From the sequence record MW057919.1: 64,000 bases of DNA, one strand, 5' to 3'. A program made the translations under genes and the position numbers. The notes under the pieces were generated by a model. The model did no database searches. It saw only the letters and a program-made list of their open reading frames with translations, and was not told the DNA's origin. This document shows positions 1 through 17,565 of the stretch, in pieces (position 1 is the first letter of the stretch; each line of letters begins with the position of its first letter).

Positions 1-65
1 AACGCTCAATTAATGTTCCGTGCAAAATAAATTAAATCTTTAACTACTTAATAGGTATTATTCAC

Positions 66-2231
66 ATGAACTATGCACAGTACAATCTACCTGTCGATTT
101 TGAGAGTGTAGATACCAGTACTTTCGATCCTAACCTACCTAATGGGAATTATCTGTTTAGCCTACCGCTACAGTTATCACCACATCAACAACATCCTCAA
201 CTACAACCATATTTCAATGGTGTAATTGGGCTGTTCCGGCTGAATGCTCAAAATGCTGCTACTACCACCCAGCTTCATGCATTTGCGTATAATCTGCTAT
301 CTAGTAATGGTTTTCAGAATAACTATTATCAGCAGTGGGCTCAGAAAGTTATTGACTTTCTAGAGTTTCTATTTATTCATCGTCAAATGGTGAATAACCC
401 ACAGCAGGCAATGCAGCAAGCTGCATCTCTAGTATGGTCTGGTTTTGTTGGTAAATGTGCTCAAACCTTCCCGCAGCTACAAAGTCTAGTTCAACATCTA
501 ATGCCGAATATCCAACAGGCACTTGGTGTAATCGGGCAGATTGAATCAGATATCCAAAAGATGCGTATGGGTGGTAACACCATGATGCAGGGTGGATATC
601 AACAACCTGGTGTACAGCCTGGAAGTTTCCCTGGGATGGGTGCAGCAATGGGTCGTCCTGGCATGAGTTCACAACTACCTCCAATTAACGCAGGTATCCA
701 ACAGACCTATGGTCAACCGGCTACCATGGCTAATCCGCAGCTGAACATTCCAGGGGCATATACACCAACAACTAATCATGACACTGGTCCATCAATTGCA
801 AATGCTGCATATGACGTACCTGGTTCTTCTCCTTTCCTGGAAAACAAACCAGTCATGCAACCTAAAGACTCTTGGGGTGCCACTGTTGAAGTATCTCCAA
901 ATAGTAGTTATGATACAATCCCTGGTGGAGGTGATGTAATGATTCTACCTGAACTACAACAAAATGCAAATACTGTAACTAATGATAATACGGATCTACC
1001 CATCCCTCAAGATGTGAAAGAACTCGTATTCGATCCGAACTATTATGTACCCAATGGATTTGTAATTAATAAAGATCGTCCGATGGATGTTATCTATAAT
1101 CCAGGTGGCATTGAAATCCGACCTGCTCATCTAGTTGCAGATAAACCTGATTGGGTACGTACTGCTAGTTCAGCTAATCCATACAGCATCCTAATGGATC
1201 CGGCAGTATATTGTCGCTTCCTTGCTAAATGGCCTGATAACACTGTACATGAAGTATATCGTAAGTGGGAGAATCACATGGAAATGGATTATCTAAAGCA
1301 TGAGCTTCAAGATGATCTCCGTCGTCAAGCACATCGTGGTGGTGGTGCGCGTACTGCAACCAGTTATAAGCTATCTACCATTATGGGTGATGCCAAACCG
1401 GTTAAAGAAGTAGCCGAAGAGTTTTCACCAAATGATGCTGGGTTAACTGATAATCGTGAACATGATCCAGTTATCCTAGAAGGTTATATTGCTTGTGCAA
1501 ATAATCTTGAAGCAGAAGCTGGTGCACTCAATGCAGTTCGTGAAGCACTTGAGCTAAGCGAAGATGATGTAGTTCCAGCACATGAGTATCGCGCAGCATC
1601 ATCCCATCCATTTGATGCTTCAACTGAAGTCATGTATGAGATCGAGGATATTCGAAAAGAACCCGATCCGCATCTAATTGCAAAGCGCCTTAAGCAACTA
1701 ATGCTAGATGGTAAGCTGGCTCAACGCTACTATCGGTTCCTAGTTGAAAGGCTCACCAGTGCAGTTAATGAGTTCCTGGCTGATTCAATGAGTCAGAAGG
1801 TAACCATTGATGACTTCTGTGAAGATATCGGTGACCTTATCGCATATCTGATCGGTAAGAAGGGTAAGTCAGTAGCTGATAAATTTACCGCTAGTATTCC
1901 GTTTATTGTTGGACGGAGTATGTGTGTTAATATTGATCCAGAAGAAGGTAATTCTATTCTAGATCTATCAGTGCGTTTCCAAACTGGCTGGCGCCTTGAG
2001 GAACTATCCTGCCTAAATATTTATACCGAGAAAGCAGTGCTTATCAGTAAACTTACTGAACCTAAGATTACTCAAGTAATCATGGGAATGGCAAAGCGTC
2101 TAAATAGCTCTAAAGATTCAGATGATGCACGTACCCACAAAATGTACATTATCACTGCTGATGGATCTTATCTACAAGTTATTCGTGGCGCTCTTGTTGA
2201 TAATGCTGTTCTACTTAAGCTTATCAAATAA
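66..2231 (+). CDS. Conserved jumbo-phage protein (gp124-like) with helical N-terminus and Q/M/G/P-rich low-complexity linker
   Basis: 721-aa ORF, phage-like codon use, followed by a TTCG-loop hairpin; position relative to gp129/gp144. Confidence 0.75.
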   Translation: MNYAQYNLPVDFESVDTSTFDPNLPNGNYLFSLPLQLSPHQQHPQLQPYFNGVIGLFRLNAQNAATTTQLHAFAYNLLSSNGFQNNYYQQWAQKVIDFLEFLFIHRQMVNNPQQAMQQAASLVWSGFVGKCAQTFPQLQSLVQHLMPNIQQALGVIGQIESDIQKMRMGGNTMMQGGYQQPGVQPGSFPGMGAAMGRPGMSSQLPPINAGIQQTYGQPATMANPQLNIPGAYTPTTNHDTGPSIANAAYDVPGSSPFLENKPVMQPKDSWGATVEVSPNSSYDTIPGGGDVMILPELQQNANTVTNDNTDLPIPQDVKELVFDPNYYVPNGFVINKDRPMDVIYNPGGIEIRPAHLVADKPDWVRTASSANPYSILMDPAVYCRFLAKWPDNTVHEVYRKWENHMEMDYLKHELQDDLRRQAHRGGGARTATSYKLSTIMGDAKPVKEVAEEFSPNDAGLTDNREHDPVILEGYIACANNLEAEAGALNAVREALELSEDDVVPAHEYRAASSHPFDASTEVMYEIEDIRKEPDPHLIAKRLKQLMLDGKLAQRYYRFLVERLTSAVNEFLADSMSQKVTIDDFCEDIGDLIAYLIGKKGKSVADKFTASIPFIVGRSMCVNIDPEEGNSILDLSVRFQTGWRLEELSCLNIYTEKAVLISKLTEPKITQVIMGMAKRLNSSKDSDDARTHKMYIITADGSYLQVIRGALVDNAVLLKLIK

Positions 2232-2237
2232 GCATGA

Positions 2238-2259
2238 AAGCCCCTCTTCGGAGGGGCTT
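2238..2259 (+). terminator. Intrinsic terminator-like hairpin
   Basis: AAGCCCCTC-TTCG-GAGGGGCTT followed by ATTTAT, just after the stop at 2231. Confidence 0.8.
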
Positions 2260-2311
2260 ATTTATGAGTAATGTATAGTTTAATCAAATATTGTAAAAAA
2301 GGAGTAATACA

Positions 2312-2944
2312 ATGCTAGCTAAAATGAATAAATTCTTTAAAGAATTACTAAACAAAAATACGGTGAATATGGCAGGACTATTCGATGATGTGGTATTGAT
2401 GAATAGTTATAGTAACTATAAACCAGATTTTAATGACACTGTAGAAGTAAATACAAAATGTGATCTACCGGCAAATGGTAAAGTTCTAGTTCTATATGTC
2501 GTTCAAGATACAATGGATATGTATATTTGGGATGGCCAACAATATCTTTCTTATAATCCATATTCCACTGAGCAATTAGCACCAATGATTGATGACCCAT
2601 CAGCATTTATTCCATCAACCAAAGCTAATACTTCTCTAAAAGTAACTTATGGTATCTGGGCGCTTAAGAAAGATCTAGAAACTATCCAGAAGTATTCAAT
2701 TGGAATGCACACTCTTCTTGATAAACATTCACTAGCACGAGTTAATGATAAGAATCCTATTAATAAGGTATTCTTCGAAACATGTCATAAAGCCCTATAT
2801 ACTGCACTTCGTGAATCATACAAAAACAATATGGTTAAACCACAAATCGCAGATGCAGTTACCAAGGAAGGATGTTGGTTTGGGCGAGATCATCGATCTA
2901 ATAAACTGTCATTTAAATGCGGTGAATTTAAGGTTGAATGGTAA
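2312..2944 (+). CDS. Hypothetical protein (gp125-like)
   Basis: 210-aa ORF with AAGGAG RBS upstream of the ATG. Confidence 0.75.
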   Translation: MLAKMNKFFKELLNKNTVNMAGLFDDVVLMNSYSNYKPDFNDTVEVNTKCDLPANGKVLVLYVVQDTMDMYIWDGQQYLSYNPYSTEQLAPMIDDPSAFIPSTKANTSLKVTYGIWALKKDLETIQKYSIGMHTLLDKHSLARVNDKNPINKVFFETCHKALYTALRESYKNNMVKPQIADAVTKEGCWFGRDHRSNKLSFKCGEFKVEW

Positions 2945-2964
2945 TAATTAAGTAATGGCATAAA

Positions 2965-2986
2965 CCCCTCTCCGCATGGAGAGGGG
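2965..2986. terminator. Bidirectional terminator between convergent genes
   Basis: CCCCTCTCC-GCAT-GGAGAGGGG with GCATA/TATGT flanks and a long T tract at 2994-3010. Confidence 0.85.
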
Positions 2987-3008
2987 CTATGTCTTTATTT
3001 TTTTTTAT

Positions 3009-3452
3009 TTAACTGCTTTCAAATTCAAGAGTTACTGGTATTGTTGGTATCCACGACAAGTTATTAAAGTATGGATGTATCGTAACCGTATTCCCAGTAA
3101 TAGGTTGCGGTTGTATCTCATCTATAATAAATGGAATACCGTAAACATCTCTTAATTTTTCAGCTACTTCTAAATTATCAGTATAGTCAGTTGGTTTACC
3201 CGGTACTTTTATACCAAGACAGTACTCTGGTAAAGAGCGTCTATTAAAGTAAATAACTGTCTCACCTTTAAAATAAAGTGAACTGGTCTTCGCTCTCATT
3301 GTTGTTTTGGCATTTGTACCAGTTGCTAAGAATGTATCAGTCCCTATAAATTCAACATCATCAACAGTTAAATCCCTAGGCTTACCATTATTATCTTTAG
3401 GTTTATTAGCCACATTCCAAGCAGCTACTAATTCAGCTCTTGTATCAGCCAT
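3009..3452 (-). CDS. Virion structural protein (gp126-like), [YF]xR[LR][DNS] paralog family
   Basis: 147-aa ORF; motif ETVIYFNRRSL shared with the ORFs at 3461, 21877 and 38652. Confidence 0.65.
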   Translation of the reverse strand: MADTRAELVAAWNVANKPKDNNGKPRDLTVDDVEFIGTDTFLATGTNAKTTMRAKTSSLYFKGETVIYFNRRSLPEYCLGIKVPGKPTDYTDNLEVAEKLRDVYGIPFIIDEIQPQPITGNTVTIHPYFNNLSWIPTIPVTLEFESS

Positions 3453-3460
3453 TACACACC

Positions 3461-4336
<876 letters not shown>

Positions 4337-4343
4337 TCGCTCC

Positions 4344-6524
<2,181 letters not shown>

Positions 6525-6544
6525 TTACTCACTTTAAAATTTAG

Positions 6545-9238
<2,694 letters not shown>

Positions 9239-9255
9239 TTTCTAAACAACATAAT

Positions 9256-9276
9256 GCCCTCCCATTACGGGAGGGC
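9256..9276. terminator. Bidirectional terminator, repeated family
   Basis: GCCCTCCC-ATTAC-GGGAGGGC between convergent genes; identical core at 49987 and 54495. Confidence 0.85.
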
Positions 9277-9284
9277 TTATGACG

Positions 9285-10571
<1,287 letters not shown>

Positions 10572-10665
10572 TTAGTCTCCATGGAATGATTGGACAATCC
10601 TATGTGAATTTCACATCATTACGCTAACAAATTGCGCAATAGCGTTTTATTAAAGGAGGGCAACC

Positions 10666-12981
10666 ATGGCCCACGGTGAAACTGGGTTATATCCATTCGA
10701 CCCCAATGGAACAAATCCCCAGAACTTTATTAAAGGTGAGCGCCAAACTCTCCAGGTACCAGATGGTGATGATTATTATTTCATTATACCATTTGCTGCA
10801 CCTTTCTTTGTAGATTCATTACGACTATTTAACCCACTGACCAATCAGACTTATGTAGAAGGTGTTGATTACCTTATTGGGCATTGGTTTATTGAAGCTA
10901 TGGAATCGATAGGTAGACCTATCGCTGGATCTATACGTATCATGAAGCGTTCGATAAACGCTATGATTGGTATGGATTATCGTACAATAGGTGGGCAATG
11001 GGGATTTAGTAATCAGCAGATCCTGGCTGAGCTTGCACGCAAACAGTATAACCCCTTGATTCGGTCATGGGGTGCAATTGGTCCATTACCTGCTTCTTTC
11101 CCACCTTTAGAACACAATCAACCTATTGATTCATTAGTAGGTAGTAAAGAGATTCTTGAAGGTATCGAAGGGATTATAGAAGCTATCCGTGCTGCGGCTG
11201 CCGGTACAACTGACCAACATATTCATGATTATAATAACCCACACAGGGTAACTAAAGCACAAGTTGGCTTGTCACTAGTTCCAAACTATGCAATGGCAAG
11301 TGATCAACAGCATTTAGATGCTAATCGTAATGATCTATTTACGAACCCACGTGGTACATTAGCATTAGTTAATAAGTTTGCCGTAAATCCGCTTAATGCC
11401 CACATAGCGGCTAGGGGTAACGTACACGGTCTAACAGCAGCTGATATTAATTTAGGTAATGTTCCTAACTACCCAGCTGCAACACCAACTACTGCGGTAG
11501 ACGTAACTAATGATTCGGTATTATTAACACCTTATACTGCATCTATTCTCTATAGTCAGATTGGTGATGCTTCTAGAATTAATGAACTAGAAGAGAAACT
11601 TAATCAACATATTAGTAATGAAAATAACCCACACGTTGTAACTGCCGACCAGGTTAATGCATATACTAAAACACAAGTTGATCAACTACTGGCAGGACTA
11701 GGTGGTGGTGATGCTTCTACCTTTGGTGGATTAACACCTGAGCAATGGAAAGATGAATTCCCATCATTCGGTGATATTGAAAGGATGGCAGCCGGCTATA
11801 ACGCTAACTGGGATGATGTACAATTAAAGATAGATACATTACCAGTTATTGTGGATGATACTAGTGAATATGACCGAATGGAATTAATTCAAGGTGTCAC
11901 GGCAGGTTTCCATGCTTATGCTGGATTTAATAGTTGGTGGGATTGTACAATTGTCAGAGATGACTGTGTAGTTCATCCTAAATCGCCAGCTAACCCTTAT
12001 GCTGTTATACCAGAGCGTTTAGGATATGCTCAGGAATCCTGGGTATCTCACCGATATGGTCAGTATTGGGTAGAGAATGGTGTAGCCAAGTCAGCATGTA
12101 TCGATGAAACTAAAGTCGATGAGATGATACCAATTCCAGTAGAATGGACTGCACCTATAGATGGAAATATTCCTTCAAGTATCTGGGCGAATAAAACATC
12201 TCTGTATATGCTAACAGGTAAGTTCATCTTTAGTTCAACAGGTGAATCAGCAATCTTTGAGCACCAAGATCTTTATCGTTGTGTTAAAGGTGGTACATCT
12301 GAACTATTAGTACCTGCTGCTAATAAACCATGGGCTATATTTACCAATACTGAAGACACCTATCCTGGTGAAATGACAGTTGTTGTAAACATAGGTCCAG
12401 CTAGCAGTGCTGACTATGTATATACAGCTTATGGTATCCCAAGCTTCATTAGTGCTTTTAATGATTTTGTTAACAACACAATTAAACCATTGAATCATGT
12501 TATTGATTCAATGTCAATTGGTTGCACCCACATCATCATGCATTCAATAGATCCATTAGTTGCTCCTGAAGATTATACATCTGAATCTAGTAAAGTACAT
12601 GTCATGGAAATCATCCGCAATGGTAATGATACATCCTTTATGGTTATCTCGCCATTATGGTTTGATGGACGTGGTAACGATGTAACTGCTAATGTAAATA
12701 GTAACCCAATTGGTGGTGTATCAGGATTGTACACACATTACACAGTGATGTATGGTGATGGCCAAATCGCTTTCTTCGGAAATAACGATAATGGACAATG
12801 TGACGTAGATGACCATGCTGGACCATATATTCAATTGGCAGCAGGGCATAATTTCACTGTGACAGTAAATACTTTGAATCAAGTCATGTTCTGGGGAGAT
12901 TCACCTGATAACTCCTTATTATGGAATGGCAGGGGTACACGTGTGAAACATATTGAACCAACTCCACCCACTGGTCCATAA
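10666..12981 (+). CDS. gp131: Tail fibre/baseplate-associated protein gp131-like; N-terminal attachment domain, NPH repeats, C-terminal propeller-like domain
   Basis: 771-aa ORF, AAGGAGG RBS; HxxxxxNPHxVTxxQVGL repeats; RCC1-like C-terminal strings (FFGNNDNGQ, LAAGHNFTV). Confidence 0.8.
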   Translation: MAHGETGLYPFDPNGTNPQNFIKGERQTLQVPDGDDYYFIIPFAAPFFVDSLRLFNPLTNQTYVEGVDYLIGHWFIEAMESIGRPIAGSIRIMKRSINAMIGMDYRTIGGQWGFSNQQILAELARKQYNPLIRSWGAIGPLPASFPPLEHNQPIDSLVGSKEILEGIEGIIEAIRAAAAGTTDQHIHDYNNPHRVTKAQVGLSLVPNYAMASDQQHLDANRNDLFTNPRGTLALVNKFAVNPLNAHIAARGNVHGLTAADINLGNVPNYPAATPTTAVDVTNDSVLLTPYTASILYSQIGDASRINELEEKLNQHISNENNPHVVTADQVNAYTKTQVDQLLAGLGGGDASTFGGLTPEQWKDEFPSFGDIERMAAGYNANWDDVQLKIDTLPVIVDDTSEYDRMELIQGVTAGFHAYAGFNSWWDCTIVRDDCVVHPKSPANPYAVIPERLGYAQESWVSHRYGQYWVENGVAKSACIDETKVDEMIPIPVEWTAPIDGNIPSSIWANKTSLYMLTGKFIFSSTGESAIFEHQDLYRCVKGGTSELLVPAANKPWAIFTNTEDTYPGEMTVVVNIGPASSADYVYTAYGIPSFISAFNDFVNNTIKPLNHVIDSMSIGCTHIIMHSIDPLVAPEDYTSESSKVHVMEIIRNGNDTSFMVISPLWFDGRGNDVTANVNSNPIGGVSGLYTHYTVMYGDGQIAFFGNNDNGQCDVDDHAGPYIQLAAGHNFTVTVNTLNQVMFWGDSPDNSLLWNGRGTRVKHIEPTPPTGP

Positions 12982-12993
12982 GAGGATTTAAAA

Positions 12994-13326
12994 ATGGCAG
13001 AAGTTACACGTCAAGAGATGGATGCTCAAATAAATGCTTCTATTAGTAATCAAGGCTTATTTACTAAGGCAGTCCTTAATAAATTCATAGCCGTTATTAA
13101 TAGGATCAATGGGCATATTGCAGCTAGAGGTAACCCACATAATCTGCAACCATCGGATATTGGTCTTGGTAATGTGGCTAACTATCGTCCAGCTACTAAG
13201 AAGCGTGCACAAGAAGGTTTCAATAACACTACGTACATGACTCCTAAACGGACAGATGATTATAATCGAGTGCACATATACGGTCCACTTGCGAAATTAT
13301 TTAATGACGCAGCAGACCGTCTATAA
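12994..13326 (+). CDS. Short gp131-family fibre paralog (gp132-like)
   Basis: 110 aa containing HIAARGNPHNLQPSDIGLGNVANY. Confidence 0.75.
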   Translation: MAEVTRQEMDAQINASISNQGLFTKAVLNKFIAVINRINGHIAARGNPHNLQPSDIGLGNVANYRPATKKRAQEGFNNTTYMTPKRTDDYNRVHIYGPLAKLFNDAADRL

Positions 13327-13343
13327 ACATCTGACCCGGCATA

Positions 13344-13370
13344 AGAGACACAGCCAAAAGCTGTGTCTCT
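13344..13370 (+). terminator. Intrinsic terminator
   Basis: AGAGACACAGC-CAAAA-GCTGTGTCTCT followed by TTTT. Confidence 0.85.
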
Positions 13371-13400
13371 TTTTGCTGTTTCAGTTAAAAGGTATTTCTT

Positions 13401-14789
13401 ATGTATAATCCTATTTTACAATTACCATTTGATCCATTAGGTACAAATCCAGATTGTTTCATTGGTAGCGAGCCTCATACTCTAGTTCAGTATCAGGGAT
13501 TCGACTATAGAATCATCAAGTTATATCATGGTGGATTCTATACAAAAGGGTTAGAAGTTTATGATGGTAAATATAATCGTTTAGTTAAAGATATTGATTA
13601 TATTGTTACTTATTATCACAAAGATGCTAGTGCGTATGTCGGTCAAGAAATATGTTCAGCAATTGTTTTCTTAAAAACACCTAGTACACCAATAGTGTAT
13701 ACTTCAGCTCACATGGTAGGCGGTGATCTAGCGTTTAGTTTCACAGTTATCGACGATTATATTAACTGGTGGAAAACAAATGGTAAGCCAAAGCCAAAAG
13801 ATCTCGACTACACTGGTAACGAACCATATTGGAAAGACGGTGAGTTAGTTGGCGAACGATGGCATCTTGATACGTATCAGCCTTATAATAACGAGATGGA
13901 GTGGATAACACAGGCACTCATGGCTGGTGATACAAGCGGTGAAGATGAATACCGTAGTAAAGTTAAAGAGATTTATGATGAGTTCTTAAAGAAATTTAAT
14001 GATCGCCTAGAAAAACATATTCAAGATAAAGCTAATCCACACAAGATTACCCCAACTAATGTTGAACTAGGTTTAGTTAATAACTTTCCATTGGCTACTC
14101 CAGCCATTGCTCAACTAGGTCAATCTAATGCACATTATCTAACACCGCAGTTAGCATATGGCGTATTAGATGAAATAGCTATAAAACCACTTAATGCCCA
14201 CATAGCTCGCCGTGATAATCCACATAAAGTCAAAAATACGCATGTACAGTCGTATTTGAAAAGTGATTTTGATTCACGAATTACTGGTAAATATTTAAAG
14301 ACTGATACAGTAGCTAATACTAATATGGTTTATTATAAACCTAAAGGGCAACCAACTGCTACTTTAATGGGTTATAGCGATCTTATTTGGTGGATGCGTA
14401 AGAACTTTGACACAGACGTGAACTTTACAGCTGGCGATGGCCAGAGTAATGTCATCAATATAAATCGGATTGGTTCCGGGGCAATGGGACAATGGAAAGC
14501 ACCACTCCGTGGGAATGGTATTTTTACACACTTTGATCAATTAGCCACAGAGTATTCATATCCGGTTAAGTTAAAGTTTTATGCACTAGGATTACAACCA
14601 TCCGTGCAAGCAGCATTAGATTTCTGTAGAACTAACTTCACTAATCCAGATGCATGGCCTATTGGATCTACTGTATTCTTCACTATTAAAGAACAGAAAA
14701 TCCAGGCAGCTGGTAACGGATTGATTTTCGTTGATTATACTCCTAACTACGTGTGTTTCCGTTCACAAGGTGGCTGGGTAATTCCATAA
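13401..14789 (+). CDS. Tail fibre paralog (gp133-like)
   Basis: 462 aa; N-terminus LPFDPLGTNP resembles gp131; two NPH repeats. Confidence 0.75.
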   Translation: MYNPILQLPFDPLGTNPDCFIGSEPHTLVQYQGFDYRIIKLYHGGFYTKGLEVYDGKYNRLVKDIDYIVTYYHKDASAYVGQEICSAIVFLKTPSTPIVYTSAHMVGGDLAFSFTVIDDYINWWKTNGKPKPKDLDYTGNEPYWKDGELVGERWHLDTYQPYNNEMEWITQALMAGDTSGEDEYRSKVKEIYDEFLKKFNDRLEKHIQDKANPHKITPTNVELGLVNNFPLATPAIAQLGQSNAHYLTPQLAYGVLDEIAIKPLNAHIARRDNPHKVKNTHVQSYLKSDFDSRITGKYLKTDTVANTNMVYYKPKGQPTATLMGYSDLIWWMRKNFDTDVNFTAGDGQSNVININRIGSGAMGQWKAPLRGNGIFTHFDQLATEYSYPVKLKFYALGLQPSVQAALDFCRTNFTNPDAWPIGSTVFFTIKEQKIQAAGNGLIFVDYTPNYVCFRSQGGWVIP

Positions 14790-14800
14790 GGATAGTTTAG

Positions 14801-16174
14801 ATGAATCCATTACTTTTACCTCTTCCATTTGATGAAACTGGAGAGAGTTATAGTAACCGAACAAAGGGTGAATACCATTCACTAGCAAAACAGAAAGGAT
14901 TCCCCTATCGCATCATCGTGATGGATAAGGGTTACTTTTACACTAAAGGAATGGTTATCAGAGATGGTAGGCAGAATGAGTTAAATCCAGAAATGGATTA
15001 TCAGTGTACTGGTATTAATCCAGAAGTAATCGAGAAGACTGGACTTGAAGCGTGTTCAGTAATTGTTATTACAAAACAAGATGTCCACGAGGATATTTAC
15101 ATTGATGCTCAGATGTGCGGTGGTATATACTGTAACCTTGCCCCTTCCATATCTGAGCATGCTAACGCTCTTTTAAATAATACCCGTAAACCACATTGGT
15201 CTAATATTTTAGATATTCCTGACCAATTTAAACCTAATGGACATATGCATGCCTATTGGGAACTTTATGGTTTTACGCCTAGAGTTGTTAAGTTAAAAGA
15301 AATAACTGACTTATTAAAGAAAAGCTCATCAGACTCATATGACTCCATTTTAGATGAGTTTAAATATCAGTTAAGTCTAATAGAAGCTGATCTTAATACA
15401 ATTGAAGCACGACTTACTACACACATCAATGATACCACCACTAACCCACACCAGACACGTAAAGGGCAAGTGGCATTAGGTAATGTTTATAATGCTGGCA
15501 TTGCAACTGAAACACAAGCCAAACAGCCAAATGGCGCTATCATGAATGTCTATGCTACGCCATGGTCAATGAAGTTATCAGTTGATACCAATTATACAGT
15601 TCAATATCTGGCACACGTTAATGATGTCACCACTAACCCACACAGGGTAACGGCTGAACAATTAAATACGTATACTGTTACTCAAGCTAATATTTTACTA
15701 AATCAAAAATTAGATAAAGGTAAAACAGCCAATACGTCTAAACTTTTATTTGGTCAAGATGTTTATAGCATGGGTGAAACAGTACGTGCTAAAATGCCTT
15801 TAAGTGTATTGACGACTGGTCGACTAGCACCTGGTAGGATTGGTAATTCAGCTACCTGGCCAGGCCGTGATTGGACATTGATGCCTAATGGTCAATGGAC
15901 TCATTTCGGTTTTATATTTAATCGCTTCCAAAAAACAGGAACGATGGTCCACTGGAATAACACCAACTTTAAGTCTATTCAAGAAGCAATTGCTTTCCAT
16001 AACACATACTTCTCAGATCCTGAACAATGGTGGCCTGGTTCGTTAGCTATTTGCCATTACGATCAAGAATTCGTTATTGGACATGGCAATGGTACAACAG
16101 CTACTTCCTATAGGAATACTCTATTCCTACGTAAAGTTGGATCAACGTGGACTAATATAGGGGAACCGGCATAA
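14801..16174 (+). CDS. Tail fibre paralog (gp134-like)
   Basis: 457 aa; LPFDETG N-terminus, two NPH repeats. Confidence 0.75.
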   Translation: MNPLLLPLPFDETGESYSNRTKGEYHSLAKQKGFPYRIIVMDKGYFYTKGMVIRDGRQNELNPEMDYQCTGINPEVIEKTGLEACSVIVITKQDVHEDIYIDAQMCGGIYCNLAPSISEHANALLNNTRKPHWSNILDIPDQFKPNGHMHAYWELYGFTPRVVKLKEITDLLKKSSSDSYDSILDEFKYQLSLIEADLNTIEARLTTHINDTTTNPHQTRKGQVALGNVYNAGIATETQAKQPNGAIMNVYATPWSMKLSVDTNYTVQYLAHVNDVTTNPHRVTAEQLNTYTVTQANILLNQKLDKGKTANTSKLLFGQDVYSMGETVRAKMPLSVLTTGRLAPGRIGNSATWPGRDWTLMPNGQWTHFGFIFNRFQKTGTMVHWNNTNFKSIQEAIAFHNTYFSDPEQWWPGSLAICHYDQEFVIGHGNGTTATSYRNTLFLRKVGSTWTNIGEPA

Positions 16175-17565
16175 TGATTACTTTTTTACCATTAGATCTA
16201 AAAGCTAAATTAGCATCTAATTACATTGTAGATGAGGATCACACACTTATTCAAGTCAATAATAAAACACATCGCGTACTTATGTGTACACATGGTGGTT
16301 TTTATACTAAGGACTTTAATCTACGTGATAAGAAGACTGGTTTATCTTTAAACAAAGATCAATATAAAACAACCTATCTTTATTCACAGTTATCTGAAAT
16401 GACTGGCTTAGAAGTAATGGGTATTGTTGTAGTAACTGATCCTAATGTTAGTCCTAATGTCCAAGTTACATATAGAGCAGTTGGTGGTTTCTTTAGTATT
16501 TCAGCATTAGAACTTAAAGCTGTTTTTGATAAACTTGAATTAGATGAATTAAGTTTCACTTGGGATGATATTATTGGTAAACCCGATGCATATCCGCCTG
16601 CACCTCACGGCCATGAATATTGGCAGATTTATGGCACAGATACAATGGTAACTGAATTAAACCGAATAGCACACGCTTATCGGGTCGGTAGAAGTGCCAT
16701 GGATAATGCTGCCGATGATTATTATAAAGTTTATCTCACTGATGCAAAAACCGCTGTGGACGATTATAGAGATCGAGTTACAGCACACTTAACTGATTAT
16801 AATAATCCGCATGCTGATGATCGATTCAAGTTAATTCCACCGCTTGATAAGATATCCAACTGGGGTTTTGCTACTGAAGCTGAATCAGTTAATAGAAACG
16901 TAAATAATAAATACATGCCAATTGGTGGTATTTATCGTATTCTTAATATTGATACGTTGGCTAAACTTGCAGCACATATTAAAAACTTTAATAACCCACA
17001 TGCTGTCACAGCTGACCAAGTTGGATCATATACCAAACCAGTGATGGATTCTAAAATAACTCCATTATTAGGTATTAATGAACAAGCTGCTAATGCGACC
17101 ACTATTGGTGCTACTACTAATAGTCAGGGTTATCCAGTTACTGGAACAGGTAAGGTATATCAGAATTTCTGGAATGATGTTCGAAAAGATATTCCAGCTG
17201 AAGAAGTAACTAGTGGCGTATTTAAATGGAATGCATTAGGTAAAGGTAATGCATCAATATTAAATGACCCTGAGAGATATTATCTAGCGAGCGATGGTAC
17301 TTGGCAAGACTGGGTTGAAGCTTTTAAAGAGTGGAACAAAGATAAGATTAAAGCCATTACCTTAGGTCAGGTAAATAGTGAAGCAGAAGCATTAAACACG
17401 TTAAATACGATGTTTACAGATAATACCAAATATCCTGAAGGCACTTACGCTGTTGTAGGTGTTAGAACTAATACCCCCTTTGAAGCCTATTATTACCAGC
17501 AATATGTAGCAGTTAGAAATAATGGTACATGGCGTTGGATGATTCGAGCTGGAGCACTTGTATAA
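16174..17565 (+). CDS. Tail fibre paralog (gp135-like)
   Basis: 463 aa; TAATG stop/start coupling at both ends; NPH repeats. Confidence 0.75.
   Translation: MITFLPLDLKAKLASNYIVDEDHTLIQVNNKTHRVLMCTHGGFYTKDFNLRDKKTGLSLNKDQYKTTYLYSQLSEMTGLEVMGIVVVTDPNVSPNVQVTYRAVGGFFSISALELKAVFDKLELDELSFTWDDIIGKPDAYPPAPHGHEYWQIYGTDTMVTELNRIAHAYRVGRSAMDNAADDYYKVYLTDAKTAVDDYRDRVTAHLTDYNNPHADDRFKLIPPLDKISNWGFATEAESVNRNVNNKYMPIGGIYRILNIDTLAKLAAHIKNFNNPHAVTADQVGSYTKPVMDSKITPLLGINEQAANATTIGATTNSQGYPVTGTGKVYQNFWNDVRKDIPAEEVTSGVFKWNALGKGNASILNDPERYYLASDGTWQDWVEAFKEWNKDKIKAITLGQVNSEAEALNTLNTMFTDNTKYPEGTYAVVGVRTNTPFEAYYYQQYVAVRNNGTWRWMIRAGALV

Noticed and set aside
10666-17565. Diversity-generating retroelement in the fibre array
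   Set aside because: No reverse transcriptase and no ~100-bp template/variable repeat pair differing at adenines; shared patches are only 17-18 bp.
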